A stretch of 63,998 nt of DNA, counting the filler, from Bonamia ostreae (taxonomy: Eukaryota): the NCBI GenBank assembly GCA_040357525.1. It is 4 parts of 4 records of this genome, joined end to end, with 100 filler letters (N's around TTAATTAATTAA, not from the genome) between each part and the next. Parts side by side here need not be neighbours in the genome. Positions count along the whole stretch, not along the records: positions 1 to 21,256 come from JBDODL010000001.1; positions 21,357 to 39,935 come from JBDODL010000003.1; 2 more parts are not named here. One strand, given 5' to 3'. Of the stretch, positions 12,431 to 26,523 are shown in pieces; positions within the stretch are counted from its first letter, which is position 1, and every line of letters starts with the position of its first letter. The notes under the pieces are model-generated. The model had not been told where the DNA came from. It saw only the letters and a list, made by a program, of their open reading frames with translations, and searched no databases. Both the position numbers and the translations under genes were made by a program.

Positions 12431-13144
12431 ATAAATTCTGTCAAACGTGCCTTCGTTCATTTTCCTTTAATAAATCTAATAAGTCGATAAACTAATCGAA
12501 TACTAAGTTATACAAAAAAATGTTAATAAATGAAAAATCAGTAAAATCGAAAATAAATAAAAGAATTTGTTTATATTTAATGATCTCAATAAGTTTTCAT
12601 TGTCATAACAATTAATTATTGATCCTTGAGGGGAAATTGCACGCATTGTTGGTGTTCCATTAATTTTCCTTTTCCCTCTTTGTTTTCACAATCATAAAAT
12701 TTTGTTTTTCTTTATAGAGATTTTTTCTTTGACATATTTTGTTTTCGTAATTCTAATTCTTTAGACTTAAAATAAGAAAATGGGGAACATTGAATCAAAA
12801 ATAGCTTCTAGAAACACTGAATCACAAAAATTTAATATAAAAANNNNNNNNNNNNNNNNNNNNNNNNNNNNNNNNNNNNNNNNNNNNNNNNNNNNNNNNN
12901 NNNNNNNNNNNNNNNNNNNNNNNNNNNNNNNNNNNNNNNNNNNATAACAAATTTGTATTCCGAGATACTCAGTTATACTAACTTTACACGTTTTAAACGA
13001 TGACCATTCAATTCTCAATAGATTATATATTATATTCCCGTTTTTGTTTTGAATAGATTGACCCCTTAAAAGATAAATAAAAAATGAACACTGTTTATCG
13101 AAAATTCATATACTAAAGGTCTAATATTCTAACAAAAAGAAAAA

Positions 13145-16100
13145 ATGAACAGAACGATTCAGAAAACTATATTGTTCATCTCCACTTTTGGGGCTAGAGG
13201 ATGTCAAGTCGGCTCAATTTGGGAATTTCTCAAAAGTCTAAAAATGCTTGTCACGCCAAAAATAAAAGATCACTTTCTCGCGAATCTAATAAAATCAGAC
13301 CAAGTGCAATTATTTTGTATAAAGGGCTACAAAAAAGATGCCGAAAATCTGTCTGAAACCGGCGTGCAACCAAAAGAAATTACAGATTTCAGTATTATTG
13401 CCAAAAATCCTGGGAAAGATGTTTTGTCGCATCTTCAAGAAGTAGAAAAAAAGTTTGTTGTTTTTTTCAGAGCTTTGGTCGAACTGAGATTTGATTATCT
13501 GGAATACAAAGTTTTTAAGATAAAAAGAAGAAATGTTTGGATTTGAATATTTGGCAAATCTGCATTTTAGAGACGATCGGAAAATCCAAACAAGAAGGGA
13601 TCCTTCAGTCCGCTCTTTTAAAACTGGGAATAAGTTCAAAAGATTTGTTTTATCACCTCAAAAACTTGCAAAACTACAATTTGATGTTTTTAAAAACAAT
13701 TTAGAGAACACTTTTATAAAAATTTCGGTCAACGAAACAAAATGTGGAGATTGCGAAAGTTTTCAAAGCAATTTAATTTGTCCAAACGCTCTTTTGAAAA
13801 GTTTCTGATCTTTTAAATTTTATTTTTTCTCTTGTTAATTTAAATTTTTTTCTTTTGTTAATTTAGAATTTTTTTCTTTTGTTAATTTAGAATTTTTGTC
13901 TTCCAAATTGAGAAAAATTGAAATCGCCAGACATTAAATATTTAAAGATCAGAAGAAGCGGAAGAATCGATAATGGCGGAAAAAAAGTTTCCGAAACTTC
14001 GAAAAATTTTGCTCGAAAACAACAATTTCATGAGCGAAGCAAAAATAAAGCCTTTGCTTTTCAAGAAGTTGAAATCGACCGAATGGACTCGACTCAGAAA
14101 TTTTCTGATTGATCGAAAAGTGATTAAGCCTTGTGTCGTCAAATCCAGCTCCAAAAGACGTCAACCCGGGATCATTTTGATAGACAACAAAAACAAAATC
14201 CAATTTTCGTGCGAAAAGAAAACCGAAAATCGAGTGAAAGAATTTGACCGGTTATCGAAAATCACCGATTTCCGCGATGGAATTGGATTCTATGCGTTCG
14301 TGAACATCGTCGTTTTTGAAGCCGGTTCGGAAGGAATAAGTTACAGCGCCCTTTCCAAAAAACTAAATTTGCCGGAAAAAACTTCTGCAAAAGAAATAGC
14401 GGTTTCGAAAGTACAAACAACATTATAAAAAGATATTCATCAAACGATTCGAAGCCGATTTTGTTTCAAATGGAGACGAAAACCAAGCGGGCGGGATAAT
14501 CAAATCAAAAGTGCACAAAAAAGACTATTTTGAATCATCGAAGAAAACACAGAAAAAGTCGTTTAAAGACTCGAAAACAAAATTCAATTTTGAAAAGAGG
14601 AAAAATCTCGTTTTGGAATGTTTGCGTGAAAACAATGGCATTTGCACTACAATGGAAACCAGAAAACATTTGAGTTTTATAAGTACACACCAATTCTAAA
14701 AATTGCAGCAATGACACGTGGCAACATCAATTTAAACAATGTCACAAAAAGTAACATCGGATCCGAAAAAAACGAAAACGAAAGCAAAGTTTTTCGACTT
14801 CAAAATGTCTCAAACTCTTTTCGAAAAAATGGTTCAGATGAAACTGATTTGCTTGAGTCGACTGGCCATTAAATCCAAAAACTCTTCCACTTTCCAAATA
14901 GCTTATCTTCCCGGAACAAACGTCAATGATCCAAAAGTGATCGCCGCCTTTCTAGACCGACTCGAAAAAGCCAAAAACAATAATCTGCCTGTTAGGATTA
15001 GCACTGCCGTCCCTTCTCCGCACAAAAAAGCAAAATTTGTTTTTACAAATCAAAAAATTGTTACAAAATTGTGAACTTGCTAAATGTGTTTCAATGAAAA
15101 AGGACTATTTTTCGATAAAATGTCTAAATGGCTATTTGCAGTCTAAAAGGGGAAGAGCTCGGTTGTTGCATCAGCATTTATGGGAACACCAAAGGGAAAT
15201 TTTCAAAGATCTTTCGCTGAAGGTTTATGGAAACTTGGCTAAAGTTTTGGTGGAAAAACTGACTTTGAAAAATTACTTGCAGGTTTTGCTGCTTATTGCA
15301 TTAATGCAAACTTTATTGCATCAATCTTTTTATCTTCGGTGCATTAATGAAAAAATCAATGTTGCCACATAAACTGCAAAAAATTGTATTGATGCATCAA
15401 AACGTAAAAAACGAAGATAATCGGGATAAAAAGGCGATTTCCTTGGATAAAAGATGAAAATCTGTTGGAAAAGTTTATTTGCGACTTGCCGCAAAACGCA
15501 CAATCGTTCGTTAAAAAGGGTTTGGACTACAAAGTTTCGAGGATAGTCGAAAATTTGTTGGTGTTGTTGGCCAAAATGAAGCTTGTGCGCGTAAAAAGTG
15601 ATATCAGTGAAGACAGAATAATGGTTTCTAACAATTGTGGTCGAAAATGATAATTTTATCGAAAATTAATTCGTTGTCTTGAAACCAAAATTTAATCAAA
15701 AATAATTAAAATTAATTCGGTTTTGAAAAACTGAAAGGAACAATTGGATCTTTTGCCAAAATGCGAAATGGGCGAATTAAGGTACGACTTCTTAGAAGAA
15801 AAAACAGATTATTTTTGGAATGACATCAGAGCTGGCTTTTACGCCATCTTCGACATTTGCGGAGAACAATCGGATTCAGAAACATTGCTTGAATTGACGA
15901 AAAACTTCAATTTCAACAAAATGGCGACTGAAACTGTAATAAATTTTATTTTGCAAAAGAACATTGGAATCCCCAAACAGAAACGAATTTTGCGCATTTT
16001 GAAAAAACGCAAAGTGTCTCCGTCGCAGAAACATCCTCTTTCCGCCATCATCCCCTCGATCTTGAAACTTTACCCCGTTCAAAACTTGCCCGAACTGTAC

Positions 16101-18367
16101 AGCTCGAAAAACTGGCGGCTCTTGAAACTGTCTCAGACGGCGAAAGAAAATCTGCTGCAAGCGGAGCCGGAAACTCTCCCTGGCAGCAGTGCCATCGAAG
16201 CGATATCAGCAAAACTCAAAATCGCAAAGTCGACTGTCGCGAGTTTCTACGCTTCTCGTTGGCTGCCATTCGTCGAGGAAACGCATTCCATCCAAAGACC
16301 GTACGCGAATTCCGTCGACGACCTGGAAGCCCCTTTCGTGGCGCCCGCCAGAAAGTTTGTTTTGTGGAAGGTGTTCTATTCGCTTCCCGTCGCCGAAAAG
16401 GAAGACGAAAAACAATCGATTCGGTCAAGAAAACGCAAAACCGAACCGAACTTCAATGTCGGCGCACTCAAAATGGGTAAACTCTCTCCTGACAACAGAG
16501 ATGTCCTGATAAGCGAAAACGGGGTCACTTCGGAAAAAAAGACTGGAGAAACAGAAAAAGGTTTTGGGCGAACCCCGCTGTCACTAAGAGAACAGGAAAT
16601 CTTGTTCAGACAAATCTATTTCAAAATAGCCGAAGAAAGCATAATGTACTCCAAAAAGAGAAAATCTGCCGTTTGGACAGAAAGCGAAACGGAACAGATG
16701 GTCAGAGCAGTTGTGGATTGGCACATCCGCGAAATGGTGAAGCCAAAACCTCTCATGGAACCGCCAAAATGGGATCCAACAAGTTCCGAAGATGTGAAAG
16801 AAAACGATAATGATTGCTCCGCGAGCGAAAAGAACAAAAAGAAGGTTCGATTGGATTTCGTTTGGGATTTTGCAGCTGAGAAAGTGCCCGGTAAATCTGC
16901 TATTCAATGCAACAATCGATTTACAAAATTTTCTTCCCATTTTAAGCAGGTTTAACATCTTCAATTAGTTTACTAAATAATTTGCCAAAAACTGCACTTT
17001 TTCGTATTTAAATAATTTGCCGAAAACGCGCAATTATTCTTATGCGCGCTCTTTTTCGTATTTAAATCTATTTTTTTTGACAATTTTTATTCAAAACGTG
17101 CACTTATTTATACGAAAAGGAACTGAAGAAGCACATTCTCTTGTCGATCGGTTATTCGCCAAATTCAAAATTGGTGAGCTCGGAACTGCCGGAAAACGAT
17201 TTGCTGAGCAATTACAAATTCAAAAAATTGTCAATCGGAAAAAATGACAAAAAGGCTTTCTTCGCTTCGATCAAAACTAGCGATGAAAAGAAAAGCGAAA
17301 GCGCAGCTAAAACAGCCCAAATTTCAGCGGCCAAAGATTTGCTGAAAATAGTCTTTTCTGAATTGGATGCGACTTACGACAAAAATATAGGCAAAAAAAT
17401 GTTAGAAAAAGCGGACGAAGATATTCTGAAAAACGCTTTTGTCGAACTTTTTGAGGATGAAGCCATCGAAAGAGTGCAGTCGGATCACGGGAAACTTCGA
17501 TCTTGGCAAATGTCTTTTCCTTATAGAAATGCGATGGACTTGAACAAAATCAAATCGAAAAGCACTCCCGAAAAAACTTTTGGAATCAATTTGAGGCGCC
17601 AAATCAGGTTAAACGATTGGGACGAAAATATTACTTTGAGCAAAAAGGAGACAATCAAAAGTTTTGATTGCACGATTATGAAAAATGACGAAGCTGAAAA
17701 CTTAAGAGAATTGAAAATCGCCAAAAGCCATTTTTCTCTAGATTTTGAAAAAGAAACTAAAATTGAAAAAATATCGGAAAAAATTGAAAAAATTATCGAA
17801 AACGATATTTTGACCAAACAACAAATCTACACACTTTTTCAAATTTCGGAATCAAAAAATATAAATTCAGAAGAAACGAAAAAAATTTTGGCAGAGCCCA
17901 CGAAAAAAGAAGATTTTGAAGACGCAATGCGCTATTTGAAAAACCGCGCAAAAATTTTCGACGTGGACGCGAAAGAAAATCGATTTTACCTTCGAACAGA
18001 CATCGGAAGATATTGTGTCGACGTTGTAGACGAACACAAAGTTGTGGATTTGAGCAGAAACTGCGACATTGGAAAAAGAGCGATAAGACCATGGCTCAAT
18101 CTTCGCGGGGAAATAAACAGCGAACTAGTTCAAAAAATATTGCTGAAAATCAAGTCGATAGTTTGTAAAATGCCAGGAATCAGAATCGAAGGATTGTGCA
18201 AACACTTTAAAGTTGTACTTGGGAAATCTCAATTGAAGCGATTTTTGCGTGTTTTGAGGATTGACGGCGAGATTAGGAAAAGAGTTGAGACAAAATGTGA
18301 AAAAGGCGTTGCGACAGAACGGATTGTGCGGTTTTATCCCGCTGTGAGTAGTAAATATTTTGAATAA
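13145..18367 (+). CDS. GTF3C1: Transcription factor IIIC largest (B-block binding) subunit, multi-exon
   Basis: Spliced B-block domain ICILETIGKSKQEGILQSALLKLGISSKDLFYHLKNL, plus EAGSEGIS, NGYLQSKRGRARLLHQHLW, VWTESETEQM and C-terminal IRPWLNLRGEIN...MPGI. Confidence 0.8.
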
Positions 18368-18741
18368 AGTTTTGCTGGAAACTGAAATTTCAATTTCTTC
18401 GCTTAAAAGGTTTAATTTTTAAATCCCTTCCAGCAATCGATCGAGAAACAATGTATCTCAAAATTCCTTTGTTTTAAAAAGTCGGCCTCTATTGTATTTA
18501 CGTCAATTTCAACTATCATGTTTTCGCCATTATTAAAGACGGCGACTTCTCTCGAAAAATGGTGACAATCGACAACTGTTTTTATCAATCCCAATTTCTC
18601 CAGAAACTATTTATTCTAAAACGAAGCGTCGGTCCACAAAAGATGAAAAGAAATTAAATCTATTAGACTAAAAACCACAGAAAATGTTATATATCAAGAA
18701 TCGCTAAAGCTATTCAGCAAATCAAAAAGCTAAATTCACGA

Positions 18742-20617
18742 ATGGAAACTTACGAACTGGTCTCCTCCGGAGACTTCAGCGAAGCCTCAGACTACGACAG
18801 CTCCGAAGTCGCGGAGTCGAGCGAGTCCTCCGAAGTTGAAGATCTGGACAAACACAAGATCGCCCGCGACTTCTGGCTGCGCAAGGAAACCAACCTCGGC
18901 CCCAAAAAACGCCGCCAACGCAAAAAAGAAACCGACGCGAGGCGCTTCGGCGAAAAGAAAGCCGACGCGCCCGGCTCCGAAGACGTCAAACTGGGCGCCA
19001 AAGCGCTCGCGGTCGAGCTGACGAAGCCGTCGATTCTAAAACGCGGCACTCGCTCAAACTCCTTCGAAACGGCGTCGGACCTCCTCCGCATCCGGAGCGC
19101 GGCCGCGAACGCGGAACTCGCCGCTCTCGTCGACATCCACGTTTTCCGCTTTCTCCGGAACGCGCTCGAAGAAGCCTTCGGCGAAACAGAGCACGAGAAG
19201 ATCTGGAAGGTCTCCGCGGACTGTCTCGGCCGATCGCTGAGCTTTTTGGAGAGCGACGTGAAATCCAAATTGGCGGACTTTGATTCGATCAGAGACGATC
19301 TGGAGAAGAAGGAAACGAAAGAATGCGACTCTGAAGACAAAGCGATTTCGGAGAACGAACACAAAGAACGCTTCGCGAAAATAGTTTAAACTAAAATATC
19401 GAAAGTCCGAAATGGCGAAAAGCGGAGAGCTGCTGAACTCGATCTGCGGTTTTCTGTTGTCTTTGAGCGCCTATTTGGAGAACCGCACAAAAAGCCACTC
19501 GACTCTCGAGCAATTGGAAAGCGACGTAAAAAAAGAAGAGGTTCTGCGTGCTTTGGTGAAAAGGGCCAAATCCGTTTTCACCGAAGCCGGCGACGAGAAG
19601 ACAACTTTGCTTCTCAGCGAAGCTCTGCTCAATATCTGCTTCCAAGACATTTCGCCCAAACCGAAAAGCGACTTCGACCGAACCCATTTTTCGGTCGAAG
19701 AATTTAAAGCTCATAATCCGTTAGATTTAGCTTTCTTCGTTTTATCGAAAAGTCCAAGTACCGAAGAGCGGTCAAGAATGGCCGTTCTGTTGCAATTAGC
19801 GACTCTGTATTCCGTGAACGACTTTCCGTTGAAAGCGCATCGACTCGTTCGGACTTTGGGCCCGTTAATGGGCGCGTTCCCGGAAGACGAGCGCCTGCGC
19901 GTTCTGTTCAACCGCGCGAGCGCTCTTTTGGCCGTCAGTCTGTTCCGCAATGGCCTCTTCGACGACTGCGCGCGTCTTTGCCAGGCCATTTTCCCGGTCC
20001 GCAGAACGCAGATCGGGCAGGCGCGCGACGGCAACGCGAACAACGTTTCCGCGTTGCGGCACTTCGATGTCGAGGACGTTGAAGCGGCCCACTATTTTTC
20101 GTCGCTCTTCGTCGAGGCGGAGCAGCAAGCGCTTGTGGCGGCGGGGAGGCCGCTCGGCGACAGACTCGACCCCGAAAACGGTCTAGTTCGCGTTGCGGCG
20201 ACGCGCAAGTCGAAGAGCATTTTCGCGCAAAACGGGGTCGCTTTGAGGGATTTCGCGGTCCGCTGTTTGGACGCCATTTCCAAAGCGGATTGGAAGAGCT
20301 TTGTCGAAGAAATGGACCAAATGTGCGCCGTGAGCGCCCCGATGGGCGATTTTTGGCCGCGGGAAGCGCTATTGGCCAAAGCGAAAGAGAGTTCTCTAAA
20401 AGTCTTTTGTTTGCGCTTCGGCGGCAATTTCAGAAATCTGAGCGTTGCTCGTTTGGAAAGGCGTTTCTGTATAAAGGAAGACAAAGTCCGCGAACTTTTG
20501 AGAGAGATTTCGCTCGGAAATGGCGAGAGCAGCGATGGAAAGCTAAATTTGGGCGTGCGGAGGATTTCCGCGATTGGCAGAAGTTTGCTCGTCGGCGCTA
20601 CTTTACTCGGAAAATAA
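18742..20617 (+). CDS. EIF3C: Divergent eIF3 subunit C-like PCI protein
   Basis: RVLFNRASALLAVSLFRNG (cf. QILYNRTMVQLGICAFRQG) and ESSLKVFCLRFGGNFRNLSVARLERRF (cf. ESLRTYLFTYSSVYDSIS). 22-nt intron 19384-19405. Confidence 0.7.
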
Positions 20618-21256
20618 TTATTGAGTTTTCTGTTTTTATCGTTAAAATAATTAATTTTGTATGGCCAATGCCGCTCACATAAATCGTTTTCGGTGCGAGA
20701 TTGCGGTTGTTGTTTTAATAGCTGTAATTAACATTGTTTCTAATTTGCTACACAAAACAGATAATATTTTTTGTGTTATTATTTGTGTTCTTTTGGAAAG
20801 TTGCGCCAAAACGAAGGATTTAATAACCGTAAATTGGATCGTTAATTTTCTCCAAATCATCGAAAAATGAACACATTTTGTTTACTGCGAACTTAAAAAT
20901 TTATTTGAAAACATTTGAACTTAAAAAATCAACACTATTTTGTAAATAGTTCTTTAAATTTATAATTTTGTTTTTTTGTAATTCCGTTATAAAATCCATC
21001 GGTTACTGACAAGATTTTGCAATCGTAACTTTCTTTAAGGAGGATTTTATATCATTCAATTTTTGATTAGTGACGCAATTTTTTATAGTGCATCCATCAT
21101 AGAAGGAAATGTGATTGACTTTTGAAAGTCAACTTAGTTTAGGAAATTTTTAAAAGTCAACGGTTCCGATTTTTTACGAAAAATTTTAAAAATACAAAAT
21201 TGACTAAGTTTATTTATTGCGAACAAATTGCACAATTATCGCACTAATAGTGCAGA

Positions 21257-21356
21257 NNNNNNNNNNNNNNNNNNNNNNNNNNNNNNNNNNNNNNNNNNNN
21301 TTAATTAATTAANNNNNNNNNNNNNNNNNNNNNNNNNNNNNNNNNNNNNNNNNNNN
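21257..21356. other. Artificial contig linker (N-TTAATTAATTAA-N)
   Basis: Six-frame stop linker at 21301-21312 flanked by Ns. Confidence 0.95.
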
Positions 21357-21401
21357 CATAAAAGTCTCTCGGAACCGAATTTGTTAAAGAAGATCGACGT
21401 A

Positions 21402-22261
21402 ATGATGGAACCATCGACATCAAAATCGATTGCGTTCAAAATCAGATTTTTAGTCAAAGATTTAATCAAATCTCTCCATTTATATAAAACATAACCGCCA
21501 TTTATTCAAAATTTTAGTCAAAAATCATTATCGGACACAGAGCAAATTTTCGAGTCGTCTTTTGTCTCGGAAACAGACATAACAGAGCCAACGTTTTCGT
21601 ATAGAAACATATTATTGGCCATCGACCATACAAACATGGCACATCGAATAGTCAATTTCACAATAGATGAGCTAGTAGATAAAACCTACAACTCTCGAGA
21701 CATCGTCCATTTACTGACTGTTGTTAATTATGACATCGAAATCGAACTATCTGGACAAGGTTTGTGCAGATAGTTAAAATTTGTTGAAACCGTAAAAACT
21801 GTACTATAAAAAATAATTGTTAAAAAATCAAAAATGTAGAAGTACTAAAGAAACTGCGCAAAAATGGTTTGTCAGTTGTGTAAAGTCTCCAATCTCACAT
21901 TTTATTAGATGACTTAAAAAAATAGATGTTCTAGGTTCGATTAAAAGGTTGAGAGAAAAACAAGTTTTGAAAACAAAATATCGAATGGGAACTTTTGAAC
22001 GAATCTGCGAACAAAACAATGTGCTATTTTTTAATAAAAATTTTTACAAAAATTAAGCTCGCATATGCTACGCACATTATAGCAAGTCTTTCTAAAGCTC
22101 AAATAGGAGAAAAAATTGTATCGAAAGCGAAAGAGCTGAAATGCAAATTAATTGTTTTGGGGAAAACTCATCTCAAATTTGCGAAGAAATTGATTCATCG
22201 AAGCGTTTCGAAGCATTGTATTGAGAAGTCGCCCATTCCGGTTATAGTTATAAGAGATTAA
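21402..22261 (+). CDS. Universal stress protein (UspA domain); start uncertain
   Basis: RNILLAIDHT...DIVHLLTV and IGEKIVSKAKELKCKLIVLGK...RSVSKHCIEKSPIPVIVIR. Confidence 0.8.
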
Positions 22262-23207
22262 ATTTTTTTATAGACGGAATAGAATTTTGTCCCTCCTTTT
22301 CCGTCGACTCTTTTGGCTTCGTCTGTTTCCGATATCATTAGTTTGACGCAATCGTCATTGAACTTTGAAGTGATTTAATATTTATCGGTGATTTTACAGC
22401 ATTAATTTATTATATGGAAGATTGATAATTATTTTTAAGCTTAAACAAATTGTTAGTTTTATAACAAATTGCGAAAATGTTTATCGAAATTGAAAAAAGT
22501 AATTTTGCAATCAAATTTTAAACAATTTGTTCATCGGTTAATTTTTCGAATTGCGAGTTCTTGGAAAAACAGTCGACAGTCCAATCGTGCAAATCTTTGA
22601 CGTCTGTTATGTTGTAAATCAATCCTCCAATTTTTAAGCAAAAAGCGTATTCCGATAATAAGCTTGGACTTTTGTAAAATAGTGAGAATTTATTGCAGAA
22701 TGTTTTGGTTTTAATGAAACTTGATTATCCTCCTCTTCCAGTGGACCTTTTTAAAGTGCGGATCCGGAAAACAGAAAAAGATTTTTTCCAGCGAGTTTTT
22801 CTCAAAATAATTTGCGAAAAATTTCATTGCGTTTGTGTTAATAACGAGAACGTTTTCTTCTGTTTTGATCTTTTTTGCTGCTATCTTTGAGACCTTCTCT
22901 CTGATTTCCAGACCTACGACTATTTTTGAGTGTTTGTAGAATTTTGCCAGTGTTTCTAGAAAGCTTCCGAATCCGCATCCCACGTCGACGATGGTCGGTT
23001 TTTGTTGGGGCAATGTTTCGGTTTTGGCTAATTTTGGATTTTCTGGTTTTCTGATTTTGTTAATTCTTGTTTTTGATGTCCTGAGTTTTGTCCAATTAAT
23101 GTGGCGGGGCGAAACAGGACTTTTTTATGTTGGCCAAATTACTATTCGAAGATCGCGTCGTTGTATGGATTAAAATGAGCGTGTATTTTGATGCCGCTTT
23201 TCGTCAT
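22258..23207 (-). CDS. TRM8: tRNA (guanine-N7)-methyltransferase
   Basis: HAHFNP..EYPVSP (after a 23-nt intron), VDVGCGFGS, GLEIR, NAMKF, FFCFPDPHFKK, ETDEAKRV. Confidence 0.93.
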
Positions 23208-23537
23208 TAAGACTATTAATTTTATATGACGAAATTTTATAAAATTACAATTTAGATTATCGCTTGTTTCTGTTTTTCTTAGAAATGGCCATAAAACTTT
23301 ATAATTTAGAATAAAGTTTAATAAATTGAAAATTAGAATGTTAAAATTTCTGGTGTCCTTTAAACTATTAAAAACAACACATTTTATCACTTATTCTGTC
23401 CTTTGAACAATCATTTAAAATAGCCACCAGTCACTGTCTCCCATCAGAGAGGGCAAAATTATAAAAAATGAAAATTTTACAGTAAGAGAACAAATTGTAA
23501 TTCTATAGTAAAAAAGCATCCTTACAGATTTACTTTT

Positions 23538-24298
23538 TCAAGGATTTATTGTATCTCTATTATCTGTTACATCTGTATCTCTAATTGATCCGTTTCTCAG
23601 AATCCTTAATTGTTCTGGAGTCTTTAAATAAAAAATAATTACCAGAACGCTTTCTTCATAAGATGGAAGATATACATTCGGAGAATTAGAATTTAGAAAC
23701 AAAACGCTTTGATTGGTGGATCTGCCATCAGGTGAATTTGCTCTCTGTGTGTAATCTATATCTACCCATTCTCTATCACTTCTGTTTGAACCTCTTCTAA
23801 CACCTCTATTTGACGTCTGTCTTGTATTTGTGTTGGAGCCTACACTATTATTTGTATTTGTAGCTTCTCTGTTAATACCACTTCTTTGGCGTTCTCTTCG
23901 ACATGGCTTCAAAGTAATGTTTTAAAAACTTTTTTCTTAATAACAAATAAAGAAATGGAAAATGAAAGGATACAAATCATTATAACAGAAATCAGAATAA
24001 AGATATCAAACTTAAAATTAAGATCGCATGTAATCGAATTGAATTCTGAATCATCAAATATGCTGTATAATTTATTGTTGTAGCATTTAAAGTATTTGTT
24101 TGTGACAGTAGCTACATCTTTTCCGTTATATTTTAAGGACCTAAAAAACGTGAAGCATTTTACATCATAAGAATAATATCCATCAAGGTACGTTTCGATG
24201 ACTTCTCCTCCTTCTACTTTAGGTTTTGCGCAGAATGTATTAGTGTTGGATAATTTAAATATTGTTAAAATTATTATCATCATTGAGATTATTTCCAT
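23538..24298 (-). CDS. Type I membrane protein, sushi/CCP-like ectodomain + LPSY motif (paralog 1)
   Basis: Signal peptide, four Cys (CAKPKVEGG..YDVKC..FKC..ITC), TM, 23-nt intron, tail YLPSYEESVL, 21-nt intron 23622-23642. Confidence 0.75.
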
Positions 24299-24408
24299 TG
24301 TTTTTCTGAAAGTTTAAATGTTTCTATTGTAAAAGTTACTAAATATGATTCTTAATTCTATAAATATTTATTTCTAAATTTAAAAAAAATTTGATTTGCG
24401 ATTTATCA

Positions 24409-25308
24409 TTAATTATCATCAACATTTTCATGCCTTCTTAAAACTCGCAACTGGGCTGGACTCTAATTATTAAATAATATTACCAGAACGCTTTCTTCGT
24501 AAGTCGGTGGAGGATAATCCGGAAATATTTCTCTTCTTCCAGAAATTCTTACATTTGAATCGTTATTTTCATTGCCGCCTTCTTCGTGACTTTCTGTTTC
24601 ATATGTGTTTGAAGATTCTCTTTCTCGGGTAATATGTTCGCATCCATTGGAAACAGATATTTGTCTCTCGTTTCTAAAATTCTCGTCAATTACATTTTCT
24701 CTATCTGTCAAATTTTCTGTTAACACGTTTAATCTCTGATTTCTAATATTTGAATTTTGACTACATATTCCATTTAAATGTTGTCTTAAACTTTCTTGTT
24801 GATTTTCATTCACGCTTCGAATTGTTAAGTTTTCTATGTAATCGACATTGGTGCTTTGTGTGTTCTCTAATTCTGTATTGAAAATGTTTTCATTATTCAT
24901 AGAAGTAATATCACGCAGAGGATATCGAGCTGGATTTCGATGATATAAAATATTCCTTTTTTTCCAAATAAACGATCCAAGACAATAACAAAACATAGAC
25001 ATCACCAATATGAACACTATTGACAATAAAATAGTTAACAGGAGTGTAAACGGATCAAGAGCGCATCGAACTGAATCCAATGGAATTTCATCATTAACAA
25101 GTTCGTTGTCAATACACTTAAATTCTATTTTTGTTTCATTTCCATCGAGAATTTTACCCACAATAAGAGAATAAAAGAAAGGATAGCACGAAAGTTCGTA
25201 AGTATTGTTCCCAGTGGAAACGATTTTTCCTCCATACAAAAATGGTACTTCACATTTATTTTCTTGGCTTGAAGACATGGTTATTAAAAGTATTATAATT
25301 ATCAGCAT
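24409..25308 (-). CDS. Type I membrane protein, sushi/CCP-like ectodomain + PPTY motif (paralog 2)
   Basis: Signal peptide, CEVPFLYGG..YELSC..FKC..VRC, TM, long tail ending YPPPTYEESVL, then a 21-nt intron and SPAQLRVLRR. Confidence 0.8.
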
Positions 25309-25813
25309 TGAAACTCTTTCTTTTGTATTAACGTTATTAGTGGTTTACAAGTTTATTGTAACAATATATCGAACATTTCAGTATGTCATAAAATTCACTT
25401 ATAATTTTTGTAGTTTTTATTAAATTTCGAATCACTCAACACAGATTTCTTGCGAGTCAATGTTTTCAGTAGAAAACTCAAAATTTGCTCTAACTAAATA
25501 AATAAACACAATATTAACCAGAAATGATTGATTGCTTTTTGCAATCTTAATTGAAAATAGAGTTTGATCTAGTTCTATTAAAGTCTTTTTTTCGTACTCG
25601 TTAGCCAATGCAAAAATATTTTTAAGAAAAATGGATGACAGAATAAAAATTACACTAAATTTACATAAAAATAGACGATGGTTCAAATTAAAATATTCAT
25701 GTGCAAAATGAGGTTGGAAAGATTTAATCTCATCGATTACAATAAACAGTTAATTAAATGACATTTATAAACACAATCTTTTTCTTAAATAAAAAACAAA
25801 AAATTGAATTTCA

Positions 25814-26333
25814 ATGATAACAAAGATAATATTTTTAATGGTGGGATTCTCGGAACAGAAAAATAACTGCTCTCTACCAATTTTAAAAGGAGGAGAAGTT
25901 ACCCAAATAACCACTGGTCGTTACAGTACTTACGATGTTAGATGCAAGAGTATTTTTAGATCACTATATATGAATGGAGAGTATATGGATACGTTAACAA
26001 ACACGAAATTTGAATGCTACAAAAATATATTATTAAGTGTTCCTCATTTGATATCATTCGACAAAATTAAATGCGATGGTAACGGTTGGATTGGTTTTCT
26101 CGTTACAATTGGGATAATGGTGATTTTGTTAGTTGGTTTTATCACTATCGTAGTTGGTTATTGCCGCGATATCGCGAGGGATCAATGTGCTTTGCGTGAA
26201 TTTATTGCAAGGAAAAATATAATCAACATTCCGTCTTACAAGGAAAGTTTTCTGGTAAATATTTTTTTATTTTAAGATGTCAGATCAAGTAAAACTCTTA
26301 AAAGAAGGCTCACTTTTTGATCAGGATGCATGA
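25814..26333 (+). CDS. Type I membrane protein, sushi/CCP-like ectodomain + IPSY motif (paralog 3)
   Basis: CSLPILKGG..YDVRC..FEC..IKC, TM, IPSYKESFL, 22-nt intron 26255-26276, then MSDQVKLLKEGS. Confidence 0.8.
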
Positions 26334-26523
26334 GATAATTTTGAGCTAATAAATAATTGAGTAATTTCTGCGTTTTGAGAAGTTTTTTCATAAAAAATGA
26401 TATTTAGTTGTAAATGATATTTTGACATAATAAAAATGATATTTCCGTTTTGAAATAAATAAAAATGATATTTTCGCTTATTTTGACAAATAAATCGCTT
26501 TAAAAACAAATTTTTGAATTTAA

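Noticed and set aside
18792-20682. Long antisense and alternate-frame ORFs over the eIF3c-like gene
   Set aside because: Expected shadows of a GC-rich CDS, with no recognisable motifs.
25432-25686. Possible fifth member of the surface-protein family
   Set aside because: There is only a vague SFL|GT.. resemblance, with no Cys pattern, ATG or PY motif.
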